Shown here piece after piece: positions 41,406 through 61,488 of a DNA stretch of 64,000 nt. Source of the DNA: Phaeosaccion multiseriatum. Lineage: Eukaryota; Protista; Ochrophyta, other classes. The first letter of the stretch is position 1, and every line of letters starts with the position of its first letter. Location: assembly GCA_965112735.1 (NCBI GenBank), contig OZ218962.1, forward strand, positions 1,364,001 through 1,428,000. The letters run 5' to 3'. The notes under the pieces were generated by a model, which made no database searches, was not told the DNA's origin, and was given only the letters and a program-made list of their open reading frames with translations. Both the position numbers and the translations under genes were made by a program.

Positions 41406-43264
41406 TCATATAATCTTGTTGGCCTTGTTGCCCGAGCCTCGGGGGTTATCCTCCTTCCAGTCATCCCACGCCCTGTCCTTGTGCGTGGCAATGTCCAGCA
41501 GCTGCTCGTCGTCCTCGTCTCCGTCCTGCAGCAGTTGGTCGTAGCGCCGGTCGGCCTTGGGGGCGTTCTTCTCTCTCTCCTGAGAACAGGAGCGAAGAGA
41601 GCAACAAGAGTCACGTAACTCAGTAAAAGACGGCACTCAGGGGCCGCAGAAAAAGACGAAAGCAACGCCCCCAGCTCTTCACAAGCACCTCTGAAGTACA
41701 TTTCGCAGCGCTTCCTTAAAAGGCAAGGAAAGGGTGGCACCCCGTCCGTGCCGTTGTTAACTGCGTGTGACCAGGCAAGGCAGGCAATCCATCCTCTTGT
41801 GTGTGTGTGTGCGCAACGCCGTCCAGCCCCTCACCCCTCTCCTTTCCCCCCCCCCCCCCCCCCCCCGCGCGCTTTCTTCTCACCGCTCTCTCCATGGCCT
41901 CCTTAACCTCAATGTCTGCAAACTCCTCCAGCGTCATGGTAGGCGGGGCCACAGTGGGCTGGAACACACGCGCCTTGATCTCTTCTTTGCGCATCTGGTA
42001 CCTTCCCCCTTCCTATGCGTATAGAGAACATACATGAGCACACGGGAGGAGGGGTGGAGAGGGGTAGGGATATCAGAAAGTGGATCAGAAAGTGGACAAA
42101 ACAGGGCACCATCCCACCCCCTCACCCTCTTGGAGAGCACTACAAGCATGAGGGTTCAGGAGTGAGCGGGCAGCAGAGAGCAGGGAGCCGTATCTCACAA
42201 ACTTGCTAAAGTAACCTGTCTCTCTCCCTTGCATCTCACCTTCGTCACGTGTGTGACCTGCAGTCCCTTTCTATTCTCGTCCATCGCGTTCTGTTTTTGT
42301 TTTAAACGCTCGTCGTCCCTTTCCTTTTCATCCACCCCCCCGGCCCCTATCCGCTTGGCCATCTCCATCAGCATAGGTTTCTCCTTCGAGATGCTCTCCA
42401 GCTCGTCCAGCGCCTGCCCAGCCAGTGTCTGCAGCAGCAGCACCCCCTTCTCCCTACCCAGCACTTCTTCTAATCCACTGTCCTCCTCGTCGCTGCCTGC
42501 TATATTCTCCAGCTCCCTCAAGAGGCTCTTGAGCTTTTCCTCCGTCGCCCTCTGTCTCTTGAAACGGTCAATCTTTCTCTGGCGTAGTTGGCCGTCGTCT
42601 GGCCTTCCTGCTCCCACACCCTGCAGCTGCTCTCTCGCTCCCTCCGCGAAAGACTCCCTCCACGCCGCCAGGTCCGGCCCCTGTAGCAGCTTCATTCTCT
42701 CGCACGTGTCCAGGTACCTCGACAGCAGGGCGTCGGCTCTCTCTAGAGTCGCGACACGCTGTCGCGGATCGTAAGAGCTGCGAACGAAGGGGACATACGA
42801 AGTCGGTGCGGGGGGGTGTATTAAGGGCCGGACGGTAAGCCGCGCAGCAGCAGGAACAGCAGGGTCAAGCACCAGTATTGTGAGAGAGACTGTCGGGAAC
42901 AGTGTGTATCGTGCCTCCCCCGGCTTCGTTCTTGCGCCTCTTTGCCTCACCTACAGGGCCTCCGCAACAGGACCATGCCAAGGTAGCAATCAGTGGCGAG
43001 GAACGGCAAAGCCTCCGTGGAGACGTCGTCCAGCTCCTCGTTGACGCTGAACATACCCTCCCTCGACACACCCAGCTGCAGCGCGTCCAGCACGGCTACC
43101 GCTCGGTCCGCCGCGTCAACACTAGCGCACTCGCCTGCAGAGATGCTCGCGAAGGCCTTCTGCCCCTCTTGCAGTAGCCCTGCAAGCGACCCCGGTAAGT
43201 TGGCGCTCACTCCTGCGCTCCTGCTGCTACCGCTGATGCTGTTCTCGCTATCGTCACCGTCCAT
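41406..43264 (-). CDS. IGBP1: PP2A-associated protein TAP42/alpha4, multi-exon
   Basis: Motifs FSVNEELDDVST..LPFL, RQRKIDRFK, VFQP..PTMTLEEF and C-terminal DRAWDDWKEDNPRGSGNK. Confidence 0.9.
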
Positions 43265-43737
43265 GGTTGGTCTTCCCCTCCTCTCTCCCTTTTTTTGTGA
43301 CCTCACTGCGCGTGTGAGGGTTGCTTGGTGTAGTTGGGAGGCAGAAAGTGGGTAGCCAGGGCATTATCGCCAGGGCCTTGCTGGGCTTGGCCTGCCTGAG
43401 AGATTTTTCACAACGTTTAGTAGGAGAATGGACGAGAAGAGATGGAAGCTGGAGCAGAGCAGAGGTTAGAGAGCAAAGAGGACAGGAAGCGGTTGGACAA
43501 GCTGGAGCTGATTGTACAGGCTATGGGGATTTGTACTCCACTCTATTTTAACCTTTAGCCTGACTCTGAGAGACCCACACACTAGTGCAACTGGGGGATA
43601 GCTGACAACGCAGCGTCCTGGCGCTTTTCAGAGGAATGACAGAGCCACAACGAAGCAGTCGGAGGGTCCCGAGCTCGGGGCGGCTCTAACCTTGGCAATT
43701 ATCGTCTAACTGTACGAAAGTACCGGAGCTGGGAGCG

Positions 43738-46700
43738 ATGGTGGATAGCATGTACGAAGGGTCTTCCTCCACCCCTACCAGATCACGATGTTCCACGATG
43801 GTGGTGGAAGAGTTCGAAAAGGTTGCCGACTACTTTACAGTGGTGGGCAGTCGAGGTGGGGGGGGGCTGGACCTCTTAGACCCCCACCGGCACGCACCTC
43901 ACATGCTCAAGGCGAGCTGGGAGAACGCCATTACGGATATCGCAGTGGTGAGACCCAACAAGGGGGAGGGGTGCCCGGACGGCTTCCTGATGATAGATTC
44001 CACGCAGAAGGGCCATAGGGCCAACCTCAACCACGGCTCCCTGGCTACGGGGGCGGTGTACTTGGCGATTCGGAGGCAAATGGTCAGCAAAAGGACCGAC
44101 TACATTGTCGACGTACAGGTCTGTGCCTGGAGGAGAGTGAGAGTGGGCGGTGGAGACAGGGGGGGGCGTATGGTGGGTCTTTCTGTCCCTTTCGGGGGTA
44201 GGGCAGTCTCGCTTGGAGAACTAACTAAACAGGCAGACCATCCTCCTGGAGAGGAAAGGGGGGTCCCCGGGTGTCACAACGCTGACCCTCGCCCCCTCCA
44301 CGCACTTCTTCCGGAACCTTGCCTCTGCCTAGGTGCTCTACACGACCAAGGAGAGGCTGCCTAGAACGCAGCCCGGGTGGGAGCTCGTGGCCTTCACGCC
44401 GTCGGGGAGGAAGGCCAAACTCAACAAGGTACTACATGTACATGGAGTGCATAAGATAGGCCGTAGCGTAGGGTGCGGTATGGCACAGGAGGGGAGAGAC
44501 GGAACGACGCCATCCCCGAAGTGAGCGTCTAATCTCTTCTAGGGATGGGAGATTGGCGTATGGTTCCCACCTGCCTATCGTATCCAGAAGAAATGGAAAG
44601 AAGGAAACAGGCAGGGAAATCATGTAGCGTAGCGCATGTATGCATCGTAGTTGCGTCCTAGTTCATGTTTTCGTCTCACTCTCACCCTTTTGTGCTTCCT
44701 GTCTCTGTTGCTTGCCTTGCGCCTTCTCTTCTCTTCTCTGTATGTGGCCTGGCCCGTCCCATCCCCAGGGGGGCGAGGACGTATACCTGGCCGTACGTAG
44801 AGCCGTGCACGACCCTCTCAATTGCCCACCTGCGGTAGTTAACATCAGTGTGGTGCTGGGCAACAAGGGGGAGGAGGCCCCTCCGGGCTACCACCTCATC
44901 GAGCGAGACCTCAACAAGGGAAAGTACGGGGACGTGGTCTATCTCGCCGTGCAGCACACGCACGCCTTCTCCATGTGCACGGTGCCCTTCCGGAGCGACA
45001 TTCTAGACCGCTACCCTGCGGAGGACAACCCTGTTTTCCCCTTTCCCGGCGAGCAACTGCCCATGTTTGTGCACCCCAAGGGCATGCGGCTGGAGAGGAG
45101 GGAGATCAACGACGCGCCCAAGGCGTCTTTCTTCTCCTTTGTCTTTACCAATGTGGATGGACGCAGGACGTATGCCGCTTGTCTGACTTTCTGGGAGAGT
45201 ATGCGGCCCAGTGCCGTACGGAGGCTGCGCAAGAAGCTCTTTCAGCAAATTGCGCCTGACGAGGAGGCGCCTCAGCCCGGTAGCAGGCGGCAGCAGCGTG
45301 GGGAGAGGGGGGTTCTGGCGGCAGCTGTAGCAGTCGCAGCAGCGGCCGCAGGAAGGAATGGAAATGGGGCCGACAGCAATAACGGCGGTCGCGGGCCGAC
45401 CTCGGCCAGTCAGAGCCAAGCGGAGGCGGAGGAGAAGGAGCGCGAAGCGGCCGACGAAGAGTACGATCGGCAGATGCAAAGCAGAGACTGCATCTTCGCA
45501 CCCAAAAGCATTTGCGTCATCAGCCGCTTCCCAATCTACGGAGTACTGAGGCGCTTCCTGCGGCACCTCTACACCATCTCCATCTCCTCCTCCGAGGTCC
45601 CCCTGGAGCGCTACATTGGCATGTTTGTGGCCTGCATTCCCATGCCCCTGTCCGGCGGGCGCAACATGCACGTCTATCTAGAGTCGCTGGAGAACGGTGA
45701 CCCCAGCCGGAGCCGCCTGCCGCCCATCCTCCTGCACAATCCTCCCTACCCGTGGCTGCCCTTGATGGACATTGACTTCTCGGCGCCCTTCCGATGCATG
45801 TCGGTGGACTCTGCGCTCACTGTCTTTGCGCTGATGCTGCAGGAGGGCAAGCTGCTCTTCATCTCGAGCCGAGCCGAGCTGCTCACGCATGTGATGGAGG
45901 CCATGCGCAGCCTGCTCTTCCCACTCGAGTGGCCCTCTGTGTACATCCCTCGCCTGCCCTACGCTATGTCGGGCTGTCTGGACTGCCCAGGTGGGTGGAG
46001 TGGGTGGGTGGATGGGAAGGGGATGGCTACGTATGCGTATCCACCGCCGCTGATGGTGATTTACTTCCCCACCTTTGGACTCTTTTGGCCTGAGACGAAG
46101 CGAGCCCCTGTGCCAAAGAGAAGAATGACGTCATCAGTTTGGAGCAAACTCTTGTGATTGATATGTGTGAGTGGGTCGAGCCTCCCGAGGGTGTGACCTC
46201 ATGCACTTGCTTTCCTTCCCACGCGTGTGCGGTACCTCTCTGTCTTCCTCCTCCTCCCTTGTCCCATCATCCCAGGCGGCTTCATGATTGGCATGCATTT
46301 CACCAAGGAGGAGCTGTCTCAGGGCACACACAGCATCCTCAAGGGTTTGCATCTAGACGGCGTCGCCAATGGTGTCAACCTCGACGCCGGAGAGGTCCTT
46401 CTGTGTAATGGTTCGTATGCTTAGACTCTAGCCCGGCTGGTGCCTTTGTACTGTGTGTGTCTGTGTGTCTGTCCAAGTGTCCTGTCTTGTCTTGTCCCTT
46501 CTAACTCCGACTCAATCGACTGGCCCTTGCTTCTGCGCGCCCTCTTGCCCTCCGCTGCCCTGCCCTGTGACCCATCGAACTACCAACTACCGCACTTCCT
46601 GCCCCTGCAGGAGAGGTGGTGGGGCACGACGGGAGAGGAGAGTCTCTGGCGCAAGACCGTGCCTACCTCACCGGCGCAGGCTCCTCCGTAGACACCTCTG

Positions 46701-49700
46701 TGGACACCCTCTCCTACGCCTTTGTCCACGCAACCACTCTTGCCTCTACGGGTCAGGGTCAGTCCTTCGGCAAGGGCCCTCCGGACTCCGCTACAGCGGC
46801 CTTTCAGCACGATTTCAAGGTGGGAGCTTGGCTGCTTGCTTATGTGTCTCCTTCGGCGAGGGAGGGAGGGAGGGAGGGAGGGAGGGGGGGGGGGGGAGGT
46901 GGGCAACGGCGTCTCTCTGTTCTTTCGCTTCCCCCCCCCGGGTCTTCACACAAGTCGTCTGTCTCTGCCGTCGGGTGCGTCGTCTTCGGTGGTATTGACG
47001 CTCCAATTCCCCTCCCCTCTCCACTCTTTGAATGCCCATCTCCTCCCCCGCCTCTCTCCGTGCCCCTCCCCCTCCTCTCTCTCTCTCTCTGCCCCTCCCC
47101 TGTCCTCTCCCCCCCAGGTGTTTGGCTTTGGTGGGGGAAAGGGTACAGGGGAGGGCGTGAACAGCCCGAGGGGGAAGGGGGGAAGCTCGAGGGGGGGCAA
47201 GGGACGAAAAAGGGGCTTGCTGGGGAGGAGGAAGAGTCTGCGAGGAGGGGGGGGCGCCAAGGACGCAGTGGATGAGCATCATAATGGAGGAGGAGCGGAG
47301 GACGGGTCGGGGGGTGGGGGAGGCGTGAATGAGGACATGAAACGCGAGATGCGGCGGTTACCGGAGCCCCTCCAGTCCGACCTTGGAGGTCGACTTGTGA
47401 GGGAGCTCTATGACAAACATGATCGTGAGTGTATTGTACTGTCCAAGGAGAAGGGTTTGGCCTCTCGGGGTTTCAGTTGCAGTTCATTAGACCCCCTGTG
47501 AGGACCTATCCATATATCCATCACGGCATGCAGAAAGGAAAGGAGGTGGTGGTGGTGGTGGTGGTGGTGGTGGTGGTGGTCGCGACTCAACTCCTCCTTC
47601 AAATGCAATGCATTACAAGCGCGAAACTTAGCCCCCTCACCCCCCCCCCTGAACACCCTCTTCGTCTGTCCCGTCTGCTGCCATCCCATGATGCTGCTCC
47701 TCTCTCTCTGTGTGTCTATCTCACAAGGAGTGCGCGTTGGCCACGACGGAGACTTATCTCAGTACGAGAGCGCCTTTGACTTTGCCCCCACGCCCGTGGT
47801 CATGCCCAGCAGGTATGTGCGGTACATCATCTTGTTCCTTTCAGCGAGTTTGAGTGCTCTTGGTAAACTCACCCCCCTGCTCTTTCTCACTGTTCTGTCT
47901 TGCATTTATCGTTCCCTCCCGCTGTGTTCACTCTCTTGGTGTTGCCACGCCACCCCCCTTTCTTTGCCTGCCCCCATCCACTGCCATCCCTCCTCCTTGC
48001 CCCACCACAGTGACCAGAACGGGGGGCCGCACCGGCGGCGGCCGTTTCACTTTATGAACAGGGGCAACCCGACGCAGAACGCCATGAACCAAACCATTTC
48101 TCAGCTCACTATCAATCGTCATGTGCAGTACCCGGTGGGCATCCCACAAGGGCTGTCGAGGCCCCACTTTAACTACAGCAATGGGGTGCACGACGGAGCA
48201 GGGGGCGCGGGAGGGGGGGGGGTGGGCGTGAGGGGGGGTGGGCCAGGGGCTGCGACTGGGTATGGCAGCAGCAGCAGTGGCAGTAGTGGTGGCAGGTACG
48301 GGGGCGTGGGCAACATGTATCAGAGTGGGGGCGCGGGCAGCGGGCGAGGAAGCTCCTCGGGGGCGGGGTCGGGAGGAGGAGAGGGGGGCAGCCAATATCC
48401 GTCGGGGGGTAGTCAATACCCGGGGGGGGGCAGCAGCTCCTCCCCCATGCCCGACATGAGTCTCGTCATCAGAGACGCCTTTGTGTGCGTTATGGCAGAG
48501 CTGCTTGGGGGCATCGGCAGGTGAGAGGGAGGGAGGGAGGGGCGGGCAAAGCCGGGAGGGAGGCGACGGAGGAGGTAGTCAGTACCGGTGTCGGGGAGGA
48601 GAGGAACCAACGTGTGTGGGCATGTGGTATGTGGTGGTTGAGACTATACACTGTACACTTGTGTATACACTCTACACTTGTGATGTATTGATTTATTACG
48701 TGCCTTTTCATGGCTGGGACGTTACTCACTCACTCCCCTCTCACACCAACCACCACACTAACCCAAATCATTTTCTCCTTCCTTCCTTCCTTCCTTCCGA
48801 CCGACCGACTCGCAGCTTTGTGCGGCACAACCACGCGAGGCAACGGCAACACTCTCTGCGCTCCAAGCCGCTTGACGAACTCTTCAATATGGCGGACTTC
48901 TTGGGAGGAGTGGCGCCCTCACTCAGGCCCTTTGTGGAGCGGCTCACGCAGACGCAAATGTTTTGGGTGTTGGTGCAGCAGTGGCTGGAGTCGGGGGACA
49001 ATCTGGACAAGGACGATCAGTTGCTCTTCTTTGAGGAGTTGGTCAATGCACTAAGCAACAGGAGGGTCGGAGCGGATGTGCCGTATAGGACGGAGAGGCT
49101 GTTTGCCGACGGTGTGGACGGGGAAGGCGGGTCGGGAGGGTCAGGCGACTCGACTGGCAGGCAGAACAAGAGGAAGTTAAGGGAGCTTGAAGATCCGATT
49201 CTGTTGGTGGAGGAGGTGCGCCTGAAACGGCCGGATTGGTATCGCAGCCCTGCCATGACGGTGCTCGGGGGAGGTGCCTTCAACAGTGAGCGCAATGGCG
49301 GTAGCGCCGGTGCCGGTATTATGCCCCCGGCGGCGACGGGAGGAGGAGATATTGTGCCGGCCGATCAGACCTCTCCGTTCCCTAGTCTTCAGCCCTTGAG
49401 ACGAATGCCAAGCGGAGCAAACAGAACAGCAGCAGCGACAGGCAGATCTCCGACGGGCGCCGGGGGGGCCAATTCAGAATCCTCTCCAGAGAGCTCCATC
49501 GCTCAGGCAGCCAATTTCCGGCAGGTTCGGTTCGAGCAAGGCCAACAGCACCAGCAGATGCATCTTTTGCAGCAGCAACAGCAGCAGCAGCAGCAGCAAC
49601 GACTACTACAACATCACCAGTACCTGCAGCAGCTGCAGACAGCCGGAGGAGGAGGTGGGGGTGGGGGAGATCCCTCCTCTCAAGCACTCGACTACGCCAA

Positions 49701-52700
49701 TGCCAGTAATGCGGATATGATGGAGCAGCTGTACAGCTCGCTGACGGGCTGTCAGGAGGGCGCTCCTGGACACCCGTGCTCGAGGATGGAGGCGTCTCTG
49801 ATCGAGAGCGAGCTTCAGTTGATGGACAGTGAGGCAGAGCCTATCGTCATTCCAGGCCCGTCCGCCGTGGTGCGAAAGAATTCCAACGCCAATGGCGGCT
49901 CTGTCGCGTCGGGAGATGATGGACAAGGAGGAGGGGGAGGGGGAAGAGGAAGAGGAGGAGGTAGAGGGAGAGGGAGAGGAGACGGAAAAGGAAGAGGAGG
50001 GGCGGCCCAGAGCACGGACGGTGGGGTGGGGGACAGCGTGGAGAGCAACCACAACAGCAACCCGCAGGTGCCGGAGGAGGTGCACTCGCCAATTCCGGTG
50101 AGTGACCCTACTCGGGCCACCGCTGGTGCTGGTGCTGGTGGTGGTGGTTCCGCTGGTTTGGCCTGCGCTGCCGACGAGGACCGCGCCTCGTCATCGCCTG
50201 TGCCGGGCGGACGTGGGCGCGGTCGCTCCCCTGTGCGCAAGGAGGACGAGTGGCCCACCCCGCTGGACGCGTCTTTGCTCTGCACTGCGCCGGAGGACCT
50301 GCCGCCTCTCGTCGTCAAACTGCAGGTTGGTGGGTGGGTGGAGAGGGTAGTAAGAGGGTAGTGTAAGTAGAGAGGTGGGAAGGGAACGGGACTGGAACCC
50401 TTTGGAACCCTTCTTTCCATCCGCTTTACCTCGCCCCTCTTGTCCTGCCCTATTTCGGAACTCCCCTCTGTCTCGTTCCTCACCCCTCACCCGCCCCGCC
50501 CCTCTTCCGTGCTGGTTGGTTGGTTTGTTTGGCCCGCGGCCGCAACAACAGATCTTCAGCACAACGCACAAGGCGATGCTGGCGAAGCGCAGGCAGGGAC
50601 GCAACGCCCTCTTTGGCACGTCCTTACTCTACGGCGAAGTAGAGCCCATGGTGGTGCTTCCCTTTGAAGCTCTCGTGGAGCTCGGTCACATTCCTCGCAG
50701 CAGCGAGTGCGACGGTCTGAGCGTGGAGTACTCGAGCATCAAGGCCACACGCAAGGACAGCCTTGTCATCTTCATCTCGCATTTGTGGCTGCGGCCGAGG
50801 GACTTGCGTCCAAGCCCCGAGGACGAGGATGGAGAGAAGTTCAGGGTGCTTGTGGCGGGGGTGACACGTTTGCTCTCTTCTGTACGCCAACACATGACGG
50901 CGTACTTGTGGGTGGACTATGCCTGCATCGACCAGTTAAGAACTGCAGTAGAGGCAGTGTGTGAAGCAGGGAGGGAGGGAAGTAGTGAGGGGGGGAGTGA
51001 GTCCTGCATCGACCAGCTTAAGAGCGGCAACGCGAGCGCGATTGGGTGGCGGGCAAAGACGTACCAGGACGGCGCCTCATGTCTCTGAGACTCATCACTA
51101 GCGTGTGTTCTGTCCTCACTCGTTTCTCCACACTGACCTGCCATCCACTGTCATCCCATCCACATCTCCTTGCCCCCTTGCTGCTTGCTGCCTGCTTCTT
51201 GCTCACTCAGAGATGACAACAAGCGGCGCCGCAGGGGCATTCGCTCCCTTCCATCATACATGGAGCGCTGCGACGTGGTGCTCATCCCCTACACAGGCCC
51301 CAAGGACGGACGGAGCAGCAGCCCTCCACGGCAAGGGACGAGGGGGGGGGCAAGCAGTGCCGCAGCCGCAGGGGTGACGGTGGAGGGGAATAGAGACCGT
51401 TTTAGCACGGGCTCGAGGGAGAGGTTCAGTACGCTCGATCTCTTGGGAATCGAGTCTCCCGACGGACCCGCTACTGCTACTGGTAGCAGAAAGGGGACGG
51501 GGGGTTCTTCTCTTCCGGGGGCAGCAGCAGGGGCTGCAGCAGGGGCAGCAGCAGGAGCAGCTGGAGCAGCAGCAGCCGCAGCAGCCGCAGGAGCAGCAGC
51601 AGCAGCGGCGGCAGCGCGTACGTTGCCTAGTGGTGGCCATGGTGACTTGGCTGTCGGGGGTGATGCTCCTGCCTCGGGCCTGGCGGTCGGGAGGGCTACT
51701 TCAGGGGCAGACGCGCTTCGCCCAGCGACGGAAGCTGGAGGCTCTGCTGTTGCGCGGTCAGAGACGGCGGCGGGGAGGGAGGGAGAAGATAAGGATGGAG
51801 GGGAAGGAAGAGGCGGGGGGCGAGGACGAGGAGGGGGGGGGGGGTTACCCACACTTCAGGAGACTGCGACCGCGGTTGTGGCCCCTCAAAGGGACCGGAC
51901 ACGGACTGGCGAAGGATCGGCGTTTAGCAGCTTGTCGGGGGTAGGGAGCGGCACTAGCGGGGCTGCCGCACCCGGGGTGGGGGGCTTTTTGGGCGGGCTC
52001 TTCAATAGTGGCGGCGGGTCCAAGGGGGGCACCTCCACCTCTCCGCAGCCTATCTCGGCCTCGAGCAGCAGCAGTTTCTTCGCGTCCATTCGGCAGCAGC
52101 AGGACGCGGTCGGGGGGCAGCGGTCACGCCTCGGGACAGGGGATGGAGGCAAGGGAGGGGCTCAAGGCAGTGGCGAAGGGGGTAGTGGTGAAGGAGACGC
52201 AGGGGGGGGGGGGGGCGGGGGGGCGCAGGTGCACCTGCAGCAGCAGCAGCGGCGGCGGCTCCTGCGGGTAACGCTTTTGCAGAGGCTTGGGAGGACGGGT
52301 GGCCCAACAAATACCCCACCATTGTCAGGTACGCAAACACGCACTCCCACACTCACTCACTCACTTGCTCACGCACGCACTCGCTCACGCACGCACTCGC
52401 TCACGCACTCACGCACTCAATCCCTTGCAGGTACCTGAGTCGGGCATGGTGCCGGGCGGAGCTGTACTTGGCGTCCAACATCCCCCTCTCTCTCCACGGC
52501 ATTGACTACTTCGAGTTCACGGGCCTGCCTCACCGAGTGGGCGAGCGGCCGTTGTTCTTGTACGGCCCTGAGCAAGATGACGCCGGAGCCCCCTGTGCCG
52601 TGCTACCTCGACTGGACAAGGGTTACTTCAAGAACATGGATCCAGTGGAGGGGCACCTCACACACGACTCAGATAGAAGGGAGATATTTGCGCTACTCAA

Positions 52701-54369
52701 GTGGGTTCAGTATGCTATACCAGCGGCGCCGAGACCAGGCTATATGGGCGGGAAGCGCTTTTGGAAGCCGCACGGCAAGGGCAGGATGGTGTTTGAAGAC
52801 GGAAGGGTGTACGAGGGGTATTGGAAGGGGGGGAAGATGCACGGCAAAGGCAAGCGAGGGGGCATCATGCAGTATAGCAAGGGGGGCCGCTTCGAGGGGG
52901 ACTGGAGGAGGGGTAAGAAGCACGGGCAGGGGCACATGACCTACCCCGACGGGGCCCGCTACGAGGGGCAGTGGAAGGAGGGGAAGCGCCACGGCTCGGG
53001 CATTTATTACTACGCCAGCGGGGCGAGGTATGAGGGCTCCTGGGAGAACAATCAAATGCACGGGGGAGGAGCATTCACCAGCGCCGCGGACGGGTACGTG
53101 AGCTTACGTAACCCGTGTGGTTGGGTGTGTGTGGAAGGCATCAGATGTTCGTGTGTTTGCTCTCTCTCTCTCTGTCTCACCTGCCCTCTGTGTTGTGGTG
53201 CCTCTTTTCTCGATGTAACTGTAACTCTTATCTCAGGTCAATGTATGTGGGAGATTATAGTAGAGGCAAGCGCCATGGCTTCGGCAAGATGGAATACGCC
53301 GATGGCAGCGTCTACGTTGGTGCTTGGAAGGGTGATCTCCGAGCCGGACGGGGTAAGAGTTACTTAAGATTAAGTGTCACAAGACCAGCATCTTCCTTTT
53401 GATCCTTGTCCTTGTGCTCATTGCTCGCTCATTGCTCGCTCCTTGTTCCTTGCCCCTGCCCGCCAGGCATCCTCACGCACCCGAGAGACGAGGGACAGTT
53501 CAAGGTTAGTTGGCAGGAAGGGAGGAAGGAGGGGAGGGAAGGGTGGAGAAAAGGACGGAGAGAGGGAGGCTCAGCCTCTCTGCAACGCACTGGGAGGAAC
53601 TCTTGTCTTGCGCTGCTTCGGACTGGTGCTACCCCGACTCCTCACTCCTCTTGTGCGTACGTCATGCGACTGGCAGGCAGAGAAAGTAGCTGTCTCTCAC
53701 ACACTCTCTCACATTGCAGCTATTTTCTCTTGTCCCTCCCTCCCTTATCTTTTCCCTCTCTCTGCGTCTTGTCTCCCCTGTCTCTCCCTCCCTTCCTCTC
53801 TTCTCTCTCTCCCCCCCGCCCCCCCCCCCCTCCCCATCTCTCTCTGTCTGTCTCATTCTCTACTGACACACCAGGGAGAGTTTGTTAACAATGTGCAGCA
53901 CGGCCGAGGAGTGCTGCGAACGCGGACCGGTGCCTACCTCGAGCAGTACTGGATGCACGGAGATTTGGTGAGGGAAGACCTTGTAGCCACCCCTGGGCCG
54001 GAGGACGATCCTCTTCTCATGCAGGGCGTCATTCAGAGTGTGCCTCCCTCCCAACCCACTACCAACAGCAGTGGTGTGGCGGATGCAGAGGAGGGGACAC
54101 CGGGAGGAGGAGGAGTTGGAGGAGGAGGAGGAGGAGGAGGAATCGGGGGAGGCGGAGGAGGAGGAGGAGGAGGAGGAGGAGGAAGAGTAGAAAGAGTAAA
54201 GCAACCCTTAGAGGGGCTGCTCGACCCCACGCCTCCCTCATCGTCGACAGACGCACATTCGTCAATGTCTACACAGGAGTCGAGCAGAGCAGCGAATAGT
54301 CTAGAGGAAGGCCTCGCCGTAAACGTGGTGGGGGGAGACTGGAGAGAAGCCCCGGAGCGAGCTGACTGA
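43738..54369 (+). CDS. MABP-uDENN-cDENN-dDENN Rab-GEF-like protein fused to a HET/TIR-like domain and MORN repeats; ~15 exons, with an apparent 1-nt frameshift at ~52202-52223
   Basis: MABP: AITDIAVV..CPDGF..NLNHG..VYL. DENN: ILDRYPAED, LPMFVHPKG, FSFVFTN..YAACLTF, PKSICVISRFP, SLLFPLEWPSVYIP, TQMF. HET-like: FISHLW, WVDYACIDQ, GIRSLPSY, YLSRAWCRAE. MORN: YEGYWKGGKMHGKG and similar repeats. The 50325/50552 and 50934/51211 junctions are in phase. Confidence 0.8.
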
Positions 54370-54721
54370 TTCCTTACCCTTTTTTCCATGCGACTCAACT
54401 GTACATACACAAGCCATTTACTTTAGCTTTACTTGGCGCGGAGTCTGTACACCTATTAAAATAAACAAAAGGAAATAAGAGAGGATTCTTTTCCGGCGTG
54501 TGAATGGGCAAGGCTTGTGTGGAATGTAATTGCTTGCGTATCCCACGACCTGCTACGATGATGGGATGGGTCCCAATGGTATTCAGACCATCACAACTAC
54601 TTTTCGTGCGCATCCAACGACATGCTATGATGACGGGATGGTACTCTATCGTATTCAGGTCATCACACCTTCCTTTCGGGGGACCTGGTGGGGACACCAC
54701 GCGAGGCCACGGAAAGCGCTC

Positions 54722-61340
<6,619 letters not shown>

Positions 61341-61488
61341 GTGCCGATGTCCTCTATTGAATGATGAGGGATGAGGTGGAAGGTCGAAAAAAAAGACAGA
61401 GCGAAAGATCTTAAACTGCAGGGTCACCTTCCCCTTCAAAAAAAAAAAAATCAGTGTTCTCGTGTTGTAGTAGGGTTAAAAGCAGAGC
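61341..61488. promoter_or_regulatory. Probable bidirectional promoter (Spt20 / pyruvate kinase) with A tracts
   Basis: Divergent ATGs separated by ~150 bp; two poly(A) runs could exclude nucleosomes. Confidence 0.5.
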
